IMG/VR virus record: IMGVR_UViG_3300045988_067909
Strand: one strand, 5' to 3'
From: a virus
DNA: 64,000 bases
Positions within the stretch are counted from its first letter, which is position 1; each line of letters opens with the position of its first letter. Below the pieces are notes generated by a model. The model was not told the DNA's origin. It made no database searches and worked only from the letters and a program-made list of their open reading frames with translations. Of the stretch, positions 45,169 through 56,087 are shown in pieces. Made by a program: the position numbers and the translations under genes.

Positions 45169-48100
45169 TAGTATTTAAGTTCCCACCAATTGTTTTCTTT
45201 ATAAACTTTAGCTTCGGAACCATCATGAGTAAATGTAGTTTGTACTTCTTCAATATTAGTATATTCATCAGCAGAAGCTTCTGGCTTACTACCAATGAAT
45301 GTAGGACTATTAAAGGAGTTTAATTTATCTTCTTCACTTACAGGAGTAAGCTGTCTATTACGTAAATCATCTAAAACTAATTCATCATTAGTAGCATAGT
45401 CTAAGTCAGGATGTGTCATAACTTCACGACTAGCATTAAATGTATCCATAATATACAAGTTAGATTCTCTAGCTGGTACTAAGTTATCATAAGTGATACT
45501 TAATGCACCATTAGACGTTGCACCTTTACCTACAACTACCATGAATCTTTCACCAGGCTCTACACGCATATCCAAGTAGTTAGATACACCTTCGACACCA
45601 CGAGATACAGATATAACTACACCTTCGTTTGTTAAACGTGTGAATGCTTTAGCGTATTCATCATTGTTCATATTAGTTGGTGAGTAGTTAGCTAATGTAT
45701 CTTGGTCAAATGTATTATATGGTGCTTCAGTGTAAGTACTCTTACCAAATTTAGTAAAGTCAGATTGCTTATCTAATTCGATACCAGCGCTTGTAGTATT
45801 CTTAGATGCAGTACCATAACGTGAAGTAGAAGCATTATAGTATCTATAGATATCAATACGTTCTACTGTAGCACTATCAGGTAATTCAGGTACACTAAAT
45901 TTATTAATACCATATCCTACAATTTGAATAGCTGCCATCTTAGATACATGTGTAACACTATCATTTAATGCAGGAATACCTTCAAAGCCACTACATAATG
46001 CAACTGTCATATTAGTTACACCTTCTGGTACTTCAAAGATAGACTCACCTTCGTCCCATGTAAATACATTATCATAGGAAATAGTCTTATCTTCACCAGC
46101 AGGGATTTCTTCATACATATTCGTATCAGTATTAAGACGTTTAGGGAACCAACCAGCATTAGCAAACGATTTATAGTCTACTATATACTTAGGACGTTTA
46201 CCATCATTCTTATTGAAACCAATACATACGAAACCACCCTTAGGTGCTGTAACTTTGTATTTAATCTTAGGCATAGTCTTAATAGTTTGAATTACTAAGT
46301 TACCAGCTAAGATATTAGGGTCAGCAGAAATGCCATATGTACCCTCTTTAGGATTTAGACCAACAGCCCATCCCTTTTGAGCTACACCATTATTAGATCT
46401 AGGTTGACTAATAGAGAAGATACATTTAATCAACTTATTAAAGTCATCAGCTTTTTCTTGAGGAATCAAGTAAGAAGCTTCACCTACTTTAGCATTAGAT
46501 AATGGATTTGTAGTTCTATTACTGAACACATCTACTTTACTAGAACCAGAGATAGATTGAATGCTTAACTTAGTAATACCCTCAGGTACTGTAAAGCTAT
46601 AGCTACCTGGTGCAGTAAATCTATGAGTGATTTCTTTAACTTCATTGATTTGTTTATTCTTCAAGGTAGATGTATCATATGTATAGATGAATGGTAATCC
46701 TTTGTTTACACCACTAGCGATGTAGTGTTCACGAATGATATGGTTAACGATAGCTTCTTGACTAATATTAGGAACTTTATGTCCTTCAATATCAGAAACC
46801 TTAGTATAGATATCCCACATCTTATCTACATCTTCTAGGTCTACAGAGTTAATGATAGTATCATAATCAGATCTGATATTCTTATAAGGTTCTAAGTCAG
46901 CTATTCTTGGTGTATAATCCATAATAACCGCATTGAATCTTGTTTGAGGATCTTCTGTAAGTCTAATAATATTATTAGCAGGAGTTACAATAGTATCAGC
47001 AACTACTTTCTTACCATTTACATATAAGAAGAATAGTTTAGAATTCATATTGTGTTTGATCTTCTTCTTATCTAGATAGATATATCCATACTCTGTAAGC
47101 TTAGGGTGTTGAACTTCTTCTGAAGAGTAAGACTTATTAGTATTATTAGCTACGTATAAGTACATGAATACTACATTCTTATCCTTAGGGAGAGCATCAT
47201 CAAAATCAACTAAGGATAATCTATTACGTTTCTCGTCAATAGTATATCTAGATGGATCTAGGTATACATTATCGACAAACACTAAGCACTTATTCCCTTG
47301 CTCGAAGTAGTTATCGAATGGTAATACGATATCAAAGTCCATTTGGTTTTCCATAGTAGACTTAGTAATACCAATATCCTTTTCGACTACAGCATATTTG
47401 GAATCAATCAATGTAAATAAGACTTCTCTACCTGCTACGGTTTTGATATTATCATTGATAAATTTGATATAACCAGTAGCATTATTGATAGTATAGTTAG
47501 AAGAGTCTATGAATGTACTACCAATAGTAACAAAGAAGTTATGATCATATAATAGAGTTTCTTCAAATGGAATCTTAATATCTCTTTGACCATCAGTAGC
47601 AATAGTAGTAGCCTTGCTAGTAAAGATACCATACTTAGAAGTATCTACCATATCACCAATAGAACCGGTTACATCATCGATTGGTTGACAGTATACAAAG
47701 ATAAAGTCAATTTCACGACCATAAGGAATCTTATCATCATCACCTAAGAATCGTAAATCATCACCATCGATTACATAACGACGTTTATCTACAAGAGTAT
47801 CACCAATAACTAAGAAGAACTTATTGTCTCGTTTATTATAGTCATGGAATACTTCAGGTAACTTGAAGACTTGTTGATCGTCTTTAGTTGCTCTAATAGT
47901 AATAGTATGGTTCTTCACACTAACCTTATTACCAACCATAAAGTTGAATACTAATTCTTGTCCAATGTCTAAACCGTATGGTGAAGTCAATGTCATAGTA
48001 TTAGTATCAGGGTCTACGATATAGTCATCTGTATCTAAGAAGATACCATTACGGATAACGAAGAATTCATTGCCATCTTTAAAGTAATCACCGTAAGGTA

Positions 48101-50468
48101 CTGGTACAGTAAACTTAGTTTGGTTTTCAATATTAGCAGTTACACGTACAGCACTAGCATCTAGAGTATACTTGTTTGTAGGATATACGAATACAAATAC
48201 CATAGCAGTATTAGGGTCTAGATGTAAGTCATTATTACGGAATCTAATAGTACGACCACCATCTTCAATAGTGTATCGAGATGGGTTTACATACAAGCCT
48301 CTATAGGATACGAAGAAGAAACCATTATAACCCTCATATGGATAAGGGATATCATAATAGATATCATCTACAGATTCAGCATAAGTGAATCTAGCATCTA
48401 CAGTTAAGATGTCTTCTTCTTTAACACCACCAAATGTATCTACATCTAATGATTTATTAAAGATGAATACAAATGTCAATTCACGACCTAATGGTAAATA
48501 ATCACTAGGGTCTTTCATGATAATCTTATCACCAATCACGTCATATCTAGATTGCTCTAAGATTACACTACCACGCATTACAAAGAAACTATTCTTATCA
48601 TTCAAGAAGCTCTTTGTAGGGAATGGAATACTAAAGATAGGTTGATTATCAATAGTAGCTTTGACATGAGTAACTTGTGCTGTATTGTTTGTACCAATAT
48701 CCACATAGTTCAAAGCATCTGGAACATAGAAGATTTCCACTCTATCACCAGGGTCTGCCATAATACGTGTATGGATTACAGGTCTAACTACAGAGTTATC
48801 TGGTTCTTCGAATAAGAAACGATACATATCTTTAGATAGCATACGTCCATTATGGAATACCAAATATCTATCTGGGTCTTTACAAGCTACAAAGTCCTTA
48901 GTTAGATAGAAAGTACAACGTTTAAAGTTCACTGGTGGATAGTAAGCATATCTGAATTGACGTTTAGATGCCATATAGATATCTTTACCATACCAGTTAG
49001 CATCAGTAAAGCTAATAGTCTTAGCTTCTTTATCAATAGTAAATGGTGCATCGAATAAAGAATTTTTAGTAAACTCAAGACAGTCATAGTAGATATGATT
49101 GTCTGTATAGTTAGCAAATACAATTAAGTCTTCGTATGGAATAGTAGTGTTCTCAATAGTATCAGTATTAGGCACTTGAACTTTGAGGAAGTTATTATTG
49201 ACTCTAGAGAATCTTACAATCTCAAAAGTATCATATTCTTGAATATCATCATACTCTTCTTGAGTTAATTGTAATTGGAATTCACTACCGATATATTTGA
49301 TGCGGTTATATAAATCCCATAACTCACCATTACGATGAATCATAACGAATGTTTCTGTACGGTCATGTAGACCACGTGGCATTCTAAAGATTAAGTCATT
49401 CCCAATATAAGATTTGAATTCATTACCAGTATAAGAATCACTATAGATATTAGCTAGCTTTTCATATAGCTCATCGAAGAATGCACCATTATACCGAGAG
49501 ATATATCTAATACCATGCAAGAAGTTATCACTATATTCAGTATCATTACGATATTCGTAATCGAAGTCTTTCTGCATTGTATGTAAGTCTAACCCTTTGA
49601 TTGTATTATCTACTAAAGCAGATTTCATAATATCATCATTAGGTGGTCTAACAATATTAGATTGGTTATCATTAACTACGGCTCTATAGAAGTACTTCAT
49701 AACCAAGTCTTTATCTATAGGATTACCATCATTAATTGATACTAAGTTAAGATTCTTGACATCAGGTTTAATAGTAGGGTTTAGTTTACTCTCAGTGAAA
49801 CAAATGAAGTTCTTATCAGTAGACTTATGACGTTTATCTACTAAGATATCTAAGTTATCAATAGTAGCACCAGCTAAGTTAGACCATTGTTTAGTTATAA
49901 GATTAATACGTTCAGTATTAGTAGATACTACAATAGCACCATAGTCTAATGCTAAACCATTATCACCAAATCTGAAGATAACTGTTTCTTTGTAAGGAAT
50001 ATTACGTTTTTCAGAATAGCTTACATTGAATGGGATATTGATGATTTGTACGTCATCAATATGAATAGGGTCAATACCCACTTTATTATTTATATAGAGA
50101 TATGTATATCGTTGATCTCTAACTAGTGTAATATCAGACCATTTGATAAATAAACCATTGACGAATACTAAAGATGGATTAACCAATCTTTCATCAACAG
50201 CATCTTTAAAGTTCTTGATATATACTAGTTTCTTTTTGGATGGTCTATCTGTAATAAATCGTAGACCGTTGACTTTGAGTACGTATTTGTCTTTACCAAA
50301 TACATATCTATGACGGCCCTCTTCGAGATAGTACTGAGATACAGACCAAGAGATATCTAATAACTCAGGAATCATACCAGCTTGAATAGATTCGATATTC
50401 TTTACAGTATAATTCCTGAGTAAATCTACATGCTCTACAATATTAATCTCATTGTGATTATGTCGCAT
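45168..50468 (-). CDS. giant structural protein (1766 aa) with at least 6-8 tandem copies of an ~85-aa repeat domain
   Basis: RBS GGAGGATAATAC. Repeats span aa ~595-1185 (nt ~46914-48686), e.g. FTVPVPYGDYFKDGNEFFVIRNGIFLDTDDYIVDPDTNTMTL, LPFDNYFEQGNKCLVFVDNVYLDPSRYTIDEKRNRLSL. Confidence 0.8.
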   Translation of the reverse strand: MRHNHNEINIVEHVDLLRNYTVKNIESIQAGMIPELLDISWSVSQYYLEEGRHRYVFGKDKYVLKVNGLRFITDRPSKKKLVYIKNFKDAVDERLVNPSLVFVNGLFIKWSDITLVRDQRYTYLYINNKVGIDPIHIDDVQIINIPFNVSYSEKRNIPYKETVIFRFGDNGLALDYGAIVVSTNTERINLITKQWSNLAGATIDNLDILVDKRHKSTDKNFICFTESKLNPTIKPDVKNLNLVSINDGNPIDKDLVMKYFYRAVVNDNQSNIVRPPNDDIMKSALVDNTIKGLDLHTMQKDFDYEYRNDTEYSDNFLHGIRYISRYNGAFFDELYEKLANIYSDSYTGNEFKSYIGNDLIFRMPRGLHDRTETFVMIHRNGELWDLYNRIKYIGSEFQLQLTQEEYDDIQEYDTFEIVRFSRVNNNFLKVQVPNTDTIENTTIPYEDLIVFANYTDNHIYYDCLEFTKNSLFDAPFTIDKEAKTISFTDANWYGKDIYMASKRQFRYAYYPPVNFKRCTFYLTKDFVACKDPDRYLVFHNGRMLSKDMYRFLFEEPDNSVVRPVIHTRIMADPGDRVEIFYVPDALNYVDIGTNNTAQVTHVKATIDNQPIFSIPFPTKSFLNDKNSFFVMRGSVILEQSRYDVIGDKIIMKDPSDYLPLGRELTFVFIFNKSLDVDTFGGVKEEDILTVDARFTYAESVDDIYYDIPYPYEGYNGFFFVSYRGLYVNPSRYTIEDGGRTIRFRNNDLHLDPNTAMVFVFVYPTNKYTLDASAVRVTANIENQTKFTVPVPYGDYFKDGNEFFVIRNGIFLDTDDYIVDPDTNTMTLTSPYGLDIGQELVFNFMVGNKVSVKNHTITIRATKDDQQVFKLPEVFHDYNKRDNKFFLVIGDTLVDKRRYVIDGDDLRFLGDDDKIPYGREIDFIFVYCQPIDDVTGSIGDMVDTSKYGIFTSKATTIATDGQRDIKIPFEETLLYDHNFFVTIGSTFIDSSNYTINNATGYIKFINDNIKTVAGREVLFTLIDSKYAVVEKDIGITKSTMENQMDFDIVLPFDNYFEQGNKCLVFVDNVYLDPSRYTIDEKRNRLSLVDFDDALPKDKNVVFMYLYVANNTNKSYSSEEVQHPKLTEYGYIYLDKKKIKHNMNSKLFFLYVNGKKVVADTIVTPANNIIRLTEDPQTRFNAVIMDYTPRIADLEPYKNIRSDYDTIINSVDLEDVDKMWDIYTKVSDIEGHKVPNISQEAIVNHIIREHYIASGVNKGLPFIYTYDTSTLKNKQINEVKEITHRFTAPGSYSFTVPEGITKLSIQSISGSSKVDVFSNRTTNPLSNAKVGEASYLIPQEKADDFNKLIKCIFSISQPRSNNGVAQKGWAVGLNPKEGTYGISADPNILAGNLVIQTIKTMPKIKYKVTAPKGGFVCIGFNKNDGKRPKYIVDYKSFANAGWFPKRLNTDTNMYEEIPAGEDKTISYDNVFTWDEGESIFEVPEGVTNMTVALCSGFEGIPALNDSVTHVSKMAAIQIVGYGINKFSVPELPDSATVERIDIYRYYNASTSRYGTASKNTTSAGIELDKQSDFTKFGKSTYTEAPYNTFDQDTLANYSPTNMNNDEYAKAFTRLTNEGVVISVSRGVEGVSNYLDMRVEPGERFMVVVGKGATSNGALSITYDNLVPARESNLYIMDTFNASREVMTHPDLDYATNDELVLDDLRNRQLTPVSEEDKLNSFNSPTFIGSKPEASADEYTNIEEVQTTFTHDGSEAKVYKENNWWELKY

Positions 50469-50482
50469 GTATTATCCTCCGA

Positions 50483-51415
50483 TTAGATTACTTTTTTCAA
50501 AATATCATTACAGTATGCTACCATTGCATTACCAGCTACTTTTTCAATAGTGGATTGGTTATTCAAGAAACAACCAACGTATGCATCAGTAAGCATAGCA
50601 CTGAATGCTGGGAAGTATTCTAATGCAAACATAGTTCCTGGTGTATATAGTTTAATCCATGTAGCCAAGAATGATTGTAATTCTAATTCTTTAAGCTTAA
50701 GAATATCATTACATGTATGCATGAAATAATCAATATTAGCAAAAGATTCTACTTCAAGATATGCTACAAGAAGTTCTTTCTCACGTTCAGTAATATTAGC
50801 AATCTTCTTAGCTAAGTTTACGTTAACACTAAATCTAGATTTCTTATACACCGTATTAAGGAAGTATAATGCAGATAAGAATAAGCAACGGTTACGTAGA
50901 CCGTTGATATTATTAATCTTGAATAGATAGTTGATGATATTAGTGAATAAGTTAGCAAATGCATGTGCAGCATCTTCAATAGTACTAGTACCAGTAATCT
51001 TATCTAGATGATAAGCATGGATAGTAGCTGCATAGATAAGGTTAGCAATCAATACACTAATATTATGACAAACGTACTTACCATTATCATCTAACTCAAT
51101 AAGACCATATACGTCAATATAGATTGCATATTTATTACGATCACCTTTAAGATCTCTAGCCATGAATACTTTCATCATTCTAGGCATAGGTTTCTTACCA
51201 ATAACTAATTTAAGTCCTTTGAAGTTTAAGAACTCAACTAAGTTACTAGATAACTTTTGTTGCTTACGAACTTCATAAGCAATATCTTCAAACTCTTTAG
51301 AAGATATATCAATCACTTTACCAGCATTGATGAATTCGACCATTTCTTTTTCGAATTCTTGTTTGTGTTGTTGGAAAAGGAAAGTAGTATTCAATGTTTT
51401 AATTTCTTGTGCCAT
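50483..51415 (-). CDS. hypothetical protein (310 aa), first gene of the minus-strand structural operon
   Basis: RBS GGAGGAGCTACTATTC before the ATG. Confidence 0.75.
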   Translation of the reverse strand: MAQEIKTLNTTFLFQQHKQEFEKEMVEFINAGKVIDISSKEFEDIAYEVRKQQKLSSNLVEFLNFKGLKLVIGKKPMPRMMKVFMARDLKGDRNKYAIYIDVYGLIELDDNGKYVCHNISVLIANLIYAATIHAYHLDKITGTSTIEDAAHAFANLFTNIINYLFKINNINGLRNRCLFLSALYFLNTVYKKSRFSVNVNLAKKIANITEREKELLVAYLEVESFANIDYFMHTCNDILKLKELELQSFLATWIKLYTPGTMFALEYFPAFSAMLTDAYVGCFLNNQSTIEKVAGNAMVAYCNDILKKVI

Positions 51416-51646
51416 GAATAGTAGCTCCTCCGTTGAAAAAATAAGAGATTTTACTAATATGTTTCCCTAGGCTATTTATATCGAGTCAGGGTTATATGCC
51501 CCTATGCCACAGTGTGACATAAAGGCATATAGGAATTGGTAGTATATATTTATTATAGGAGAAATTTTAAACGCATTAAACTAAACAAGATTTATTAGTC
51601 GCCGCATTTACTAATAAGTTATGATTGTAAAAGTTTAATTTAACTA

Positions 51647-51668
51647 TATTGTCAACTATATATTATAG
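51647..51668 (+). promoter_or_regulatory. variant promoter-like motif TATTGTCAACTATATATTATAG
   Basis: 20 nt upstream of ATG 51688, within a 270-bp divergent intergenic region. Confidence 0.4.
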
Positions 51669-51687
51669 AAATGGAGGTGTTTAAATA

Positions 51688-52377
51688 ATGCTAGTAGATT
51701 TGTCTTTAGACCATGTAACCCATGTATCTAAATACGCAGAAGAAAGTGAGGCTAAAAGAGTAACAGAAATACTTTCCTATATCAGTGAAGAATCTCTAAT
51801 GTACTGGGCTAATAGCTTAGGCTTTAAAGGTATAAGCTATAAGAAAGAACTATCGAGATATGCTGTTATAGGAACCAAAGTCCACTCTGAAATAGAGCGA
51901 TTCTTATCCGGAGATAGAGACTTAAACACTATTAATCCTGATGACTATACCCAAGCTGGATTCTATGCTTTCATATCTTGGTATGATGAGCAAGTGAATA
52001 AGTTTGGTAAGACTATAGAGATATTAGGATTAGAGCAATCCTTTGAAGGGAAATACTTCAGAGGAACTATTGATTGTATCATGAGGGTTGATGGGTTATT
52101 ATACCTAGTTGATTTCAAGACATCTAGTCATATAGGGTACAAATACTTTATGCAGTTAGCTGCTTATGAATACTTATGGTCTAAAGCTGGTAATGAACCA
52201 GTATTTGGATTCATGATTATTCAATTAAACAGAGATAACCCTGCTAAGTATGCTACTTATACACTAGATGCTATTGATGGTGGTAATACCTATCTATATA
52301 ATCTTCTTCAAGATACATTCTTTAAGTTAACGCAAATTGCTTTTAATGTAGATGAATTGAAGGGAGTTTACAAATAA
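51688..52377 (+). CDS. PD-(D/E)xK family nuclease (RecB/Cas4/lambda-exo-like fold)
   Basis: RBS AAATGGAGGTG. Motifs GTIDCI ... LVDFKTS ... QLAAYEY (D, DxK, QxxxY). Confidence 0.7.
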   Translation: MLVDLSLDHVTHVSKYAEESEAKRVTEILSYISEESLMYWANSLGFKGISYKKELSRYAVIGTKVHSEIERFLSGDRDLNTINPDDYTQAGFYAFISWYDEQVNKFGKTIEILGLEQSFEGKYFRGTIDCIMRVDGLLYLVDFKTSSHIGYKYFMQLAAYEYLWSKAGNEPVFGFMIIQLNRDNPAKYATYTLDAIDGGNTYLYNLLQDTFFKLTQIAFNVDELKGVYK

Positions 52378-52886
52378 TGGCAAACAACAACACATATCTT
52401 TTAGATCTGATGATTAAACGTGCTGATTTAGAAGATAGATTTGAAGAAAACACAAATTTCCTTAAGTTACCATTATTATGGTGGAAACTTAAGAGAATGG
52501 ATTCCAAAATTTACAAGTTCTGTAGTGATGCATTAATGATAGATGTATTAGACAATGTAGCAGAAGTTTGTAAAGTTATTGGCAACGGAACTAAGCTGTA
52601 TAATAATATGAATATAGATATAAAATTAGAAGGAACTCGTCTAGCTATTACTAGATACTACATAGGAAGACGTATGTTTGGCTCCATCACTACATCTAAA
52701 GTTGAATATAATACAGCTAATGCAGACAGTATCAAATACATCATTTCTAGAGAATCTATAAATGAAACAACTGAAAATACAGAAATCAAATATGAATATG
52801 ACGATGATGATGATTTCACTAATCATGGTATTCGTACTCTTATTAATGAATTCTGTACTAAGTTAATTTCTCCGGATGAAATTTAG
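52377..52886 (+). CDS. hypothetical protein (169 aa)
   Basis: Start overlaps the upstream stop. Confidence 0.6.
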   Translation: MANNNTYLLDLMIKRADLEDRFEENTNFLKLPLLWWKLKRMDSKIYKFCSDALMIDVLDNVAEVCKVIGNGTKLYNNMNIDIKLEGTRLAITRYYIGRRMFGSITTSKVEYNTANADSIKYIISRESINETTENTEIKYEYDDDDDFTNHGIRTLINEFCTKLISPDEI

Positions 52887-52898
52887 TTAAGGTGAATT

Positions 52899-53534
52899 AT
52901 GGAAGACAACTACAAGCATTATTTTGACCTCACAGTAGCTCTTACATCATTAGACTTAATTAAAACTGAGTATGATAAATTACCATGGTATAAAAAAATA
53001 TTCCGTGGAAAGAAATACGACAAAGAAGTATCCAATCTACATGATAAGATATGGGATTGTGTAAATAAGTTATACAATCAACCATTCGTATCTGCTACAT
53101 TGATACTATATCTTGAATGTACATACATCATACCACTTAAATATAGCGGTATAGTTAGACGATCTAAGCATAAGAAAGACTTTGATATGTTTTACATAAA
53201 TAGAGTCAAGTTAGAATCTGCTATTGAGATATATGCAGCAAAGACTATATCTCAATATATAGAACGTAACGTTAGTATTACATTTGGACCACTCACTTAT
53301 CATTCTAAACAATTGACAGTTGGGGAAGTCCAATATACTGTACGTTCATTAACATCATTAGATTATACTGAAACAGAGTACTTCTCTTGTGATTTATTAG
53401 ACTTTGAGAATACATTGAAGACTGATATAAAAGAGCGTGAGAAATTTATTTTAGATGCTATTAATTTAGCACTTACGGATACCGTAGAGCTATTGCTAAA
53501 GCATGGTCTATCTGGTGAACCGTTATTATATTAA
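52899..53534 (+). CDS. hypothetical protein (211 aa)
   Basis: RBS TTAAGGTGA. Confidence 0.65.
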   Translation: MEDNYKHYFDLTVALTSLDLIKTEYDKLPWYKKIFRGKKYDKEVSNLHDKIWDCVNKLYNQPFVSATLILYLECTYIIPLKYSGIVRRSKHKKDFDMFYINRVKLESAIEIYAAKTISQYIERNVSITFGPLTYHSKQLTVGEVQYTVRSLTSLDYTETEYFSCDLLDFENTLKTDIKEREKFILDAINLALTDTVELLLKHGLSGEPLLY

Positions 53535-53553
53535 GAAATACGAGGTAATAAAA

Positions 53554-54417
53554 ATGGAAAACAAGAAGCGCATTACAGAAGAAGATCTTTTTAAAGATTT
53601 AGATTTAAACATTGATGATTTATTTACAGTTAATGATGTCTTTAAAGAATTGACGTCTACACGATATGGTTTTTATCATGTAGCAACTATACTATGTGCT
53701 GGTATTCATGGTCTATTAACCACATCATACATTATTAAAGAACTAGAAGCATTCACTTTGGATTCTTATCGCAATATGAAATACCATTTCGAAGATGATG
53801 ATGGTAATTTCGGTGCAGCTATGGCAGTAAATGCTAAGACAGGTGAAGAAGTAGACTTTGCATTAGGATTTCTTAATGTAGATGACTATGATATTAAAGA
53901 GTTCTTGCTTAAAGAAGACCTAGAAGAGTATCTTGAACGTAAAGAGTCTACTGGTTGTTCTTTAGGTGAAGCTATTGGTACTGATGTGCTACTAATAAAC
54001 ATTCGTTTTGCACATAAACGTATTGTGGTTATGTTTGATAGCCGTAATGAACGTCTAATCTTATTAGGTGAGAAAGAGAACCATGAATTAGACATGTTAA
54101 ACCCTAAAGATGAACATAAGCTATACTATGCTATCATGTCATCTATTCTATCTATCTTTGTTTATATGGATATGGAAGATTCTAAGTACAGAGTCTACGA
54201 TAAAGATAGTGCATTTAAACGTCTTGATGAACTTATCACTACATGTGATGATGATGAAGTAAAAGCACTATTTGGTAAGTTCTTCTTAGAAGAAGTTACT
54301 AGAAAAGATAGCGCATCTAACTATGCACAAGTATTAATGGCTTTACGTGAAGCTGCTATGGAAGGTAGCAACACACCTGAGTTCCCAGACCCAGCTGATA
54401 AAGATAAACTAAACTAA
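53554..54417 (+). CDS. hypothetical acidic protein (about 287 aa)
   Basis: The track start 53503 lacks an RBS. ATG 53554 follows GAGGTAATAAAA. Confidence 0.6.
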   Translation: MENKKRITEEDLFKDLDLNIDDLFTVNDVFKELTSTRYGFYHVATILCAGIHGLLTTSYIIKELEAFTLDSYRNMKYHFEDDDGNFGAAMAVNAKTGEEVDFALGFLNVDDYDIKEFLLKEDLEEYLERKESTGCSLGEAIGTDVLLINIRFAHKRIVVMFDSRNERLILLGEKENHELDMLNPKDEHKLYYAIMSSILSIFVYMDMEDSKYRVYDKDSAFKRLDELITTCDDDEVKALFGKFFLEEVTRKDSASNYAQVLMALREAAMEGSNTPEFPDPADKDKLN

Positions 54418-54451
54418 CTTAGTAGTAATGACTTATTAAGGAGGTAATAAT

Positions 54452-54748
54452 ATGGAAAGACAATTGTTATATCCTGTAACTGAAGATATTAAACAATTGG
54501 CATTAGATATCTTACATAAGATGAAAATCACTCAATTGTATGAAGCTAATGCTTATTCATTCGATACACCTTATGGTGTATTTAATGCTACGGCACAAGA
54601 AGATGATGGATACTTGTACGTACGTACTTCATGTGAACGTGTTGATCATGTAGTATCTTGGTATAGTGCTGAACGTGAACGTTATACTCAAGAAGACTTA
54701 GAAATCTTATTCATTGCTATGGGTAAGATTTATGCGAAAGGATTCTAG
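54452..54748 (+). CDS. small hypothetical protein (98 aa)
   Basis: RBS TTAAGGAGGT. Confidence 0.7.
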   Translation: MERQLLYPVTEDIKQLALDILHKMKITQLYEANAYSFDTPYGVFNATAQEDDGYLYVRTSCERVDHVVSWYSAERERYTQEDLEILFIAMGKIYAKGF

Positions 54749-54749
54749 T

Positions 54750-55256
54750 ATGAATATAGATCAATTCCTAATAGACTCTGAGGAACTAATTAGAAGTCTA
54801 TATAAAACCACAAAAGATCTAGACGTTCTAATCAAACAAGAAGAACCTAAAGCCATCGTAAATGGGGAACCTGTATACGATGGAGACGGTTATTTCTATA
54901 GTATCAATGGTGATACTAAGGGCTTTGCTCAATTGTACGCTATGCTAACAAACGTAGAGCCTAGTGACATTGTTTTCTATATGATTAGGAATCAACATTT
55001 GTCAGATAGATTCTTAGATTTTGATATGAATGATAAATTCAAGGTCAGAGTTTATGCTGATACATTGGTAGAACGTTTGACTATTAGATTTACTGATAAA
55101 GCTGGTCAAACACAAACAATGGCATTTAATACTAAGTACGTAATAGACTTATATACAGAAGAGCTTAAACAGCTCTTCTATTCAGCTATTACATGCGCTC
55201 TATTGATATATTACTCTAATCAATATGTAGAGGTGACTGAAGATGGATTACAATAA
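54750..55256 (+). CDS. hypothetical protein (about 168 aa)
   Basis: The track start 54714 overlaps its neighbour. ATG 54750 follows AAAGGA. Confidence 0.6.
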   Translation: MNIDQFLIDSEELIRSLYKTTKDLDVLIKQEEPKAIVNGEPVYDGDGYFYSINGDTKGFAQLYAMLTNVEPSDIVFYMIRNQHLSDRFLDFDMNDKFKVRVYADTLVERLTIRFTDKAGQTQTMAFNTKYVIDLYTEELKQLFYSAITCALLIYYSNQYVEVTEDGLQ

Positions 55257-55911
55257 ACTGCTTCTTGATGCTGCTAAACAAATTACATCTGTCACCAAGA
55301 AGCCTTCTAATGAGATTGCTAACTCTTTTGAAAGATTCATCAATGAGAATATTCCAGAAGAGTTAATCTTTGAATCACCAAAGATTTGCATGGCTTATAT
55401 TGATAGATTGAATTTTAAGAATAATGACACTTATCAAGCATTCAGAAACTCTGTATGCTATAAAGATGTCTTATCTGCAATCAATGGTATTCATATACCT
55501 ATCAGTACAAGAACTATTACACAGTATGAAGTTGATTATATCTTACGTAATCCTTACGTATACAAGGATGATCAAGATATTATTGATTACATGGTACAAT
55601 ACTTAGAGACTATTAATATGGAACTTGACGAATATCTTAGATTCATTAAGTTCTTAATTATAGCTAATCTAGGATTCTTTAGATGTAAGCTAGATGTAAT
55701 GGCTATTGAGCCAGCTACTGATATGAGTCAATTACCATTATACACAGCTTTAGGTATCTTAGTATCTGACTCAGCATTACATGAGAAATTCTTATTCAAT
55801 AACCCAATGGAAATGAAACAAGCTTTCGACAAAGTTGTTGAATTAGGTATAGCTGGTCAGTACATCATAGATACCATAATTAAGGAGATGAACAAATATG
55901 ACCAACGATAA
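55243..55911 (+). CDS. hypothetical protein (222 aa)
   Basis: RBS GAGGTGACTGAAG. Confidence 0.65.
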   Translation: MDYNKLLLDAAKQITSVTKKPSNEIANSFERFINENIPEELIFESPKICMAYIDRLNFKNNDTYQAFRNSVCYKDVLSAINGIHIPISTRTITQYEVDYILRNPYVYKDDQDIIDYMVQYLETINMELDEYLRFIKFLIIANLGFFRCKLDVMAIEPATDMSQLPLYTALGILVSDSALHEKFLFNNPMEMKQAFDKVVELGIAGQYIIDTIIKEMNKYDQR

Positions 55912-56059
55912 CAAAGATATGTGTATCAATGTATTGGAGATTATGTTTGACTATGTCTCTGATTATACTCATAAAGTTCCAGATATGGATAAGAAAGATG
56001 AGAATGGTAACAATGTTCATCTTTTAAATATTATGGAACTTCATGGGGTAGAATTATAG
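55898..56059 (+). CDS. small hypothetical protein (53 aa, MTNDNKDMCINVLEIMFDY...), not in the ORF track
   Basis: RBS TAAGGAG. Fills an otherwise empty 150-bp gap. Confidence 0.35.
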   Translation: MTNDNKDMCINVLEIMFDYVSDYTHKVPDMDKKDENGNNVHLLNIMELHGVEL

Positions 56060-56087
56060 TGTGTACTTTTAAAGAAAGGATATCTGT

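Noticed and set aside
45098-45295. 65-aa minus-strand ORF overlapping the end of the 1766-aa gene and the terminator
   Set aside because: Overlaps the supported gene end and the hairpin terminator. No RBS.
51416-51687. The 270-bp divergent intergenic region as a replication origin or ncRNA
   Set aside because: It contains only a short TATGCC...GGCATA hairpin and the variant promoter motif. No iteron-like direct repeats. Most simply divergent promoters.
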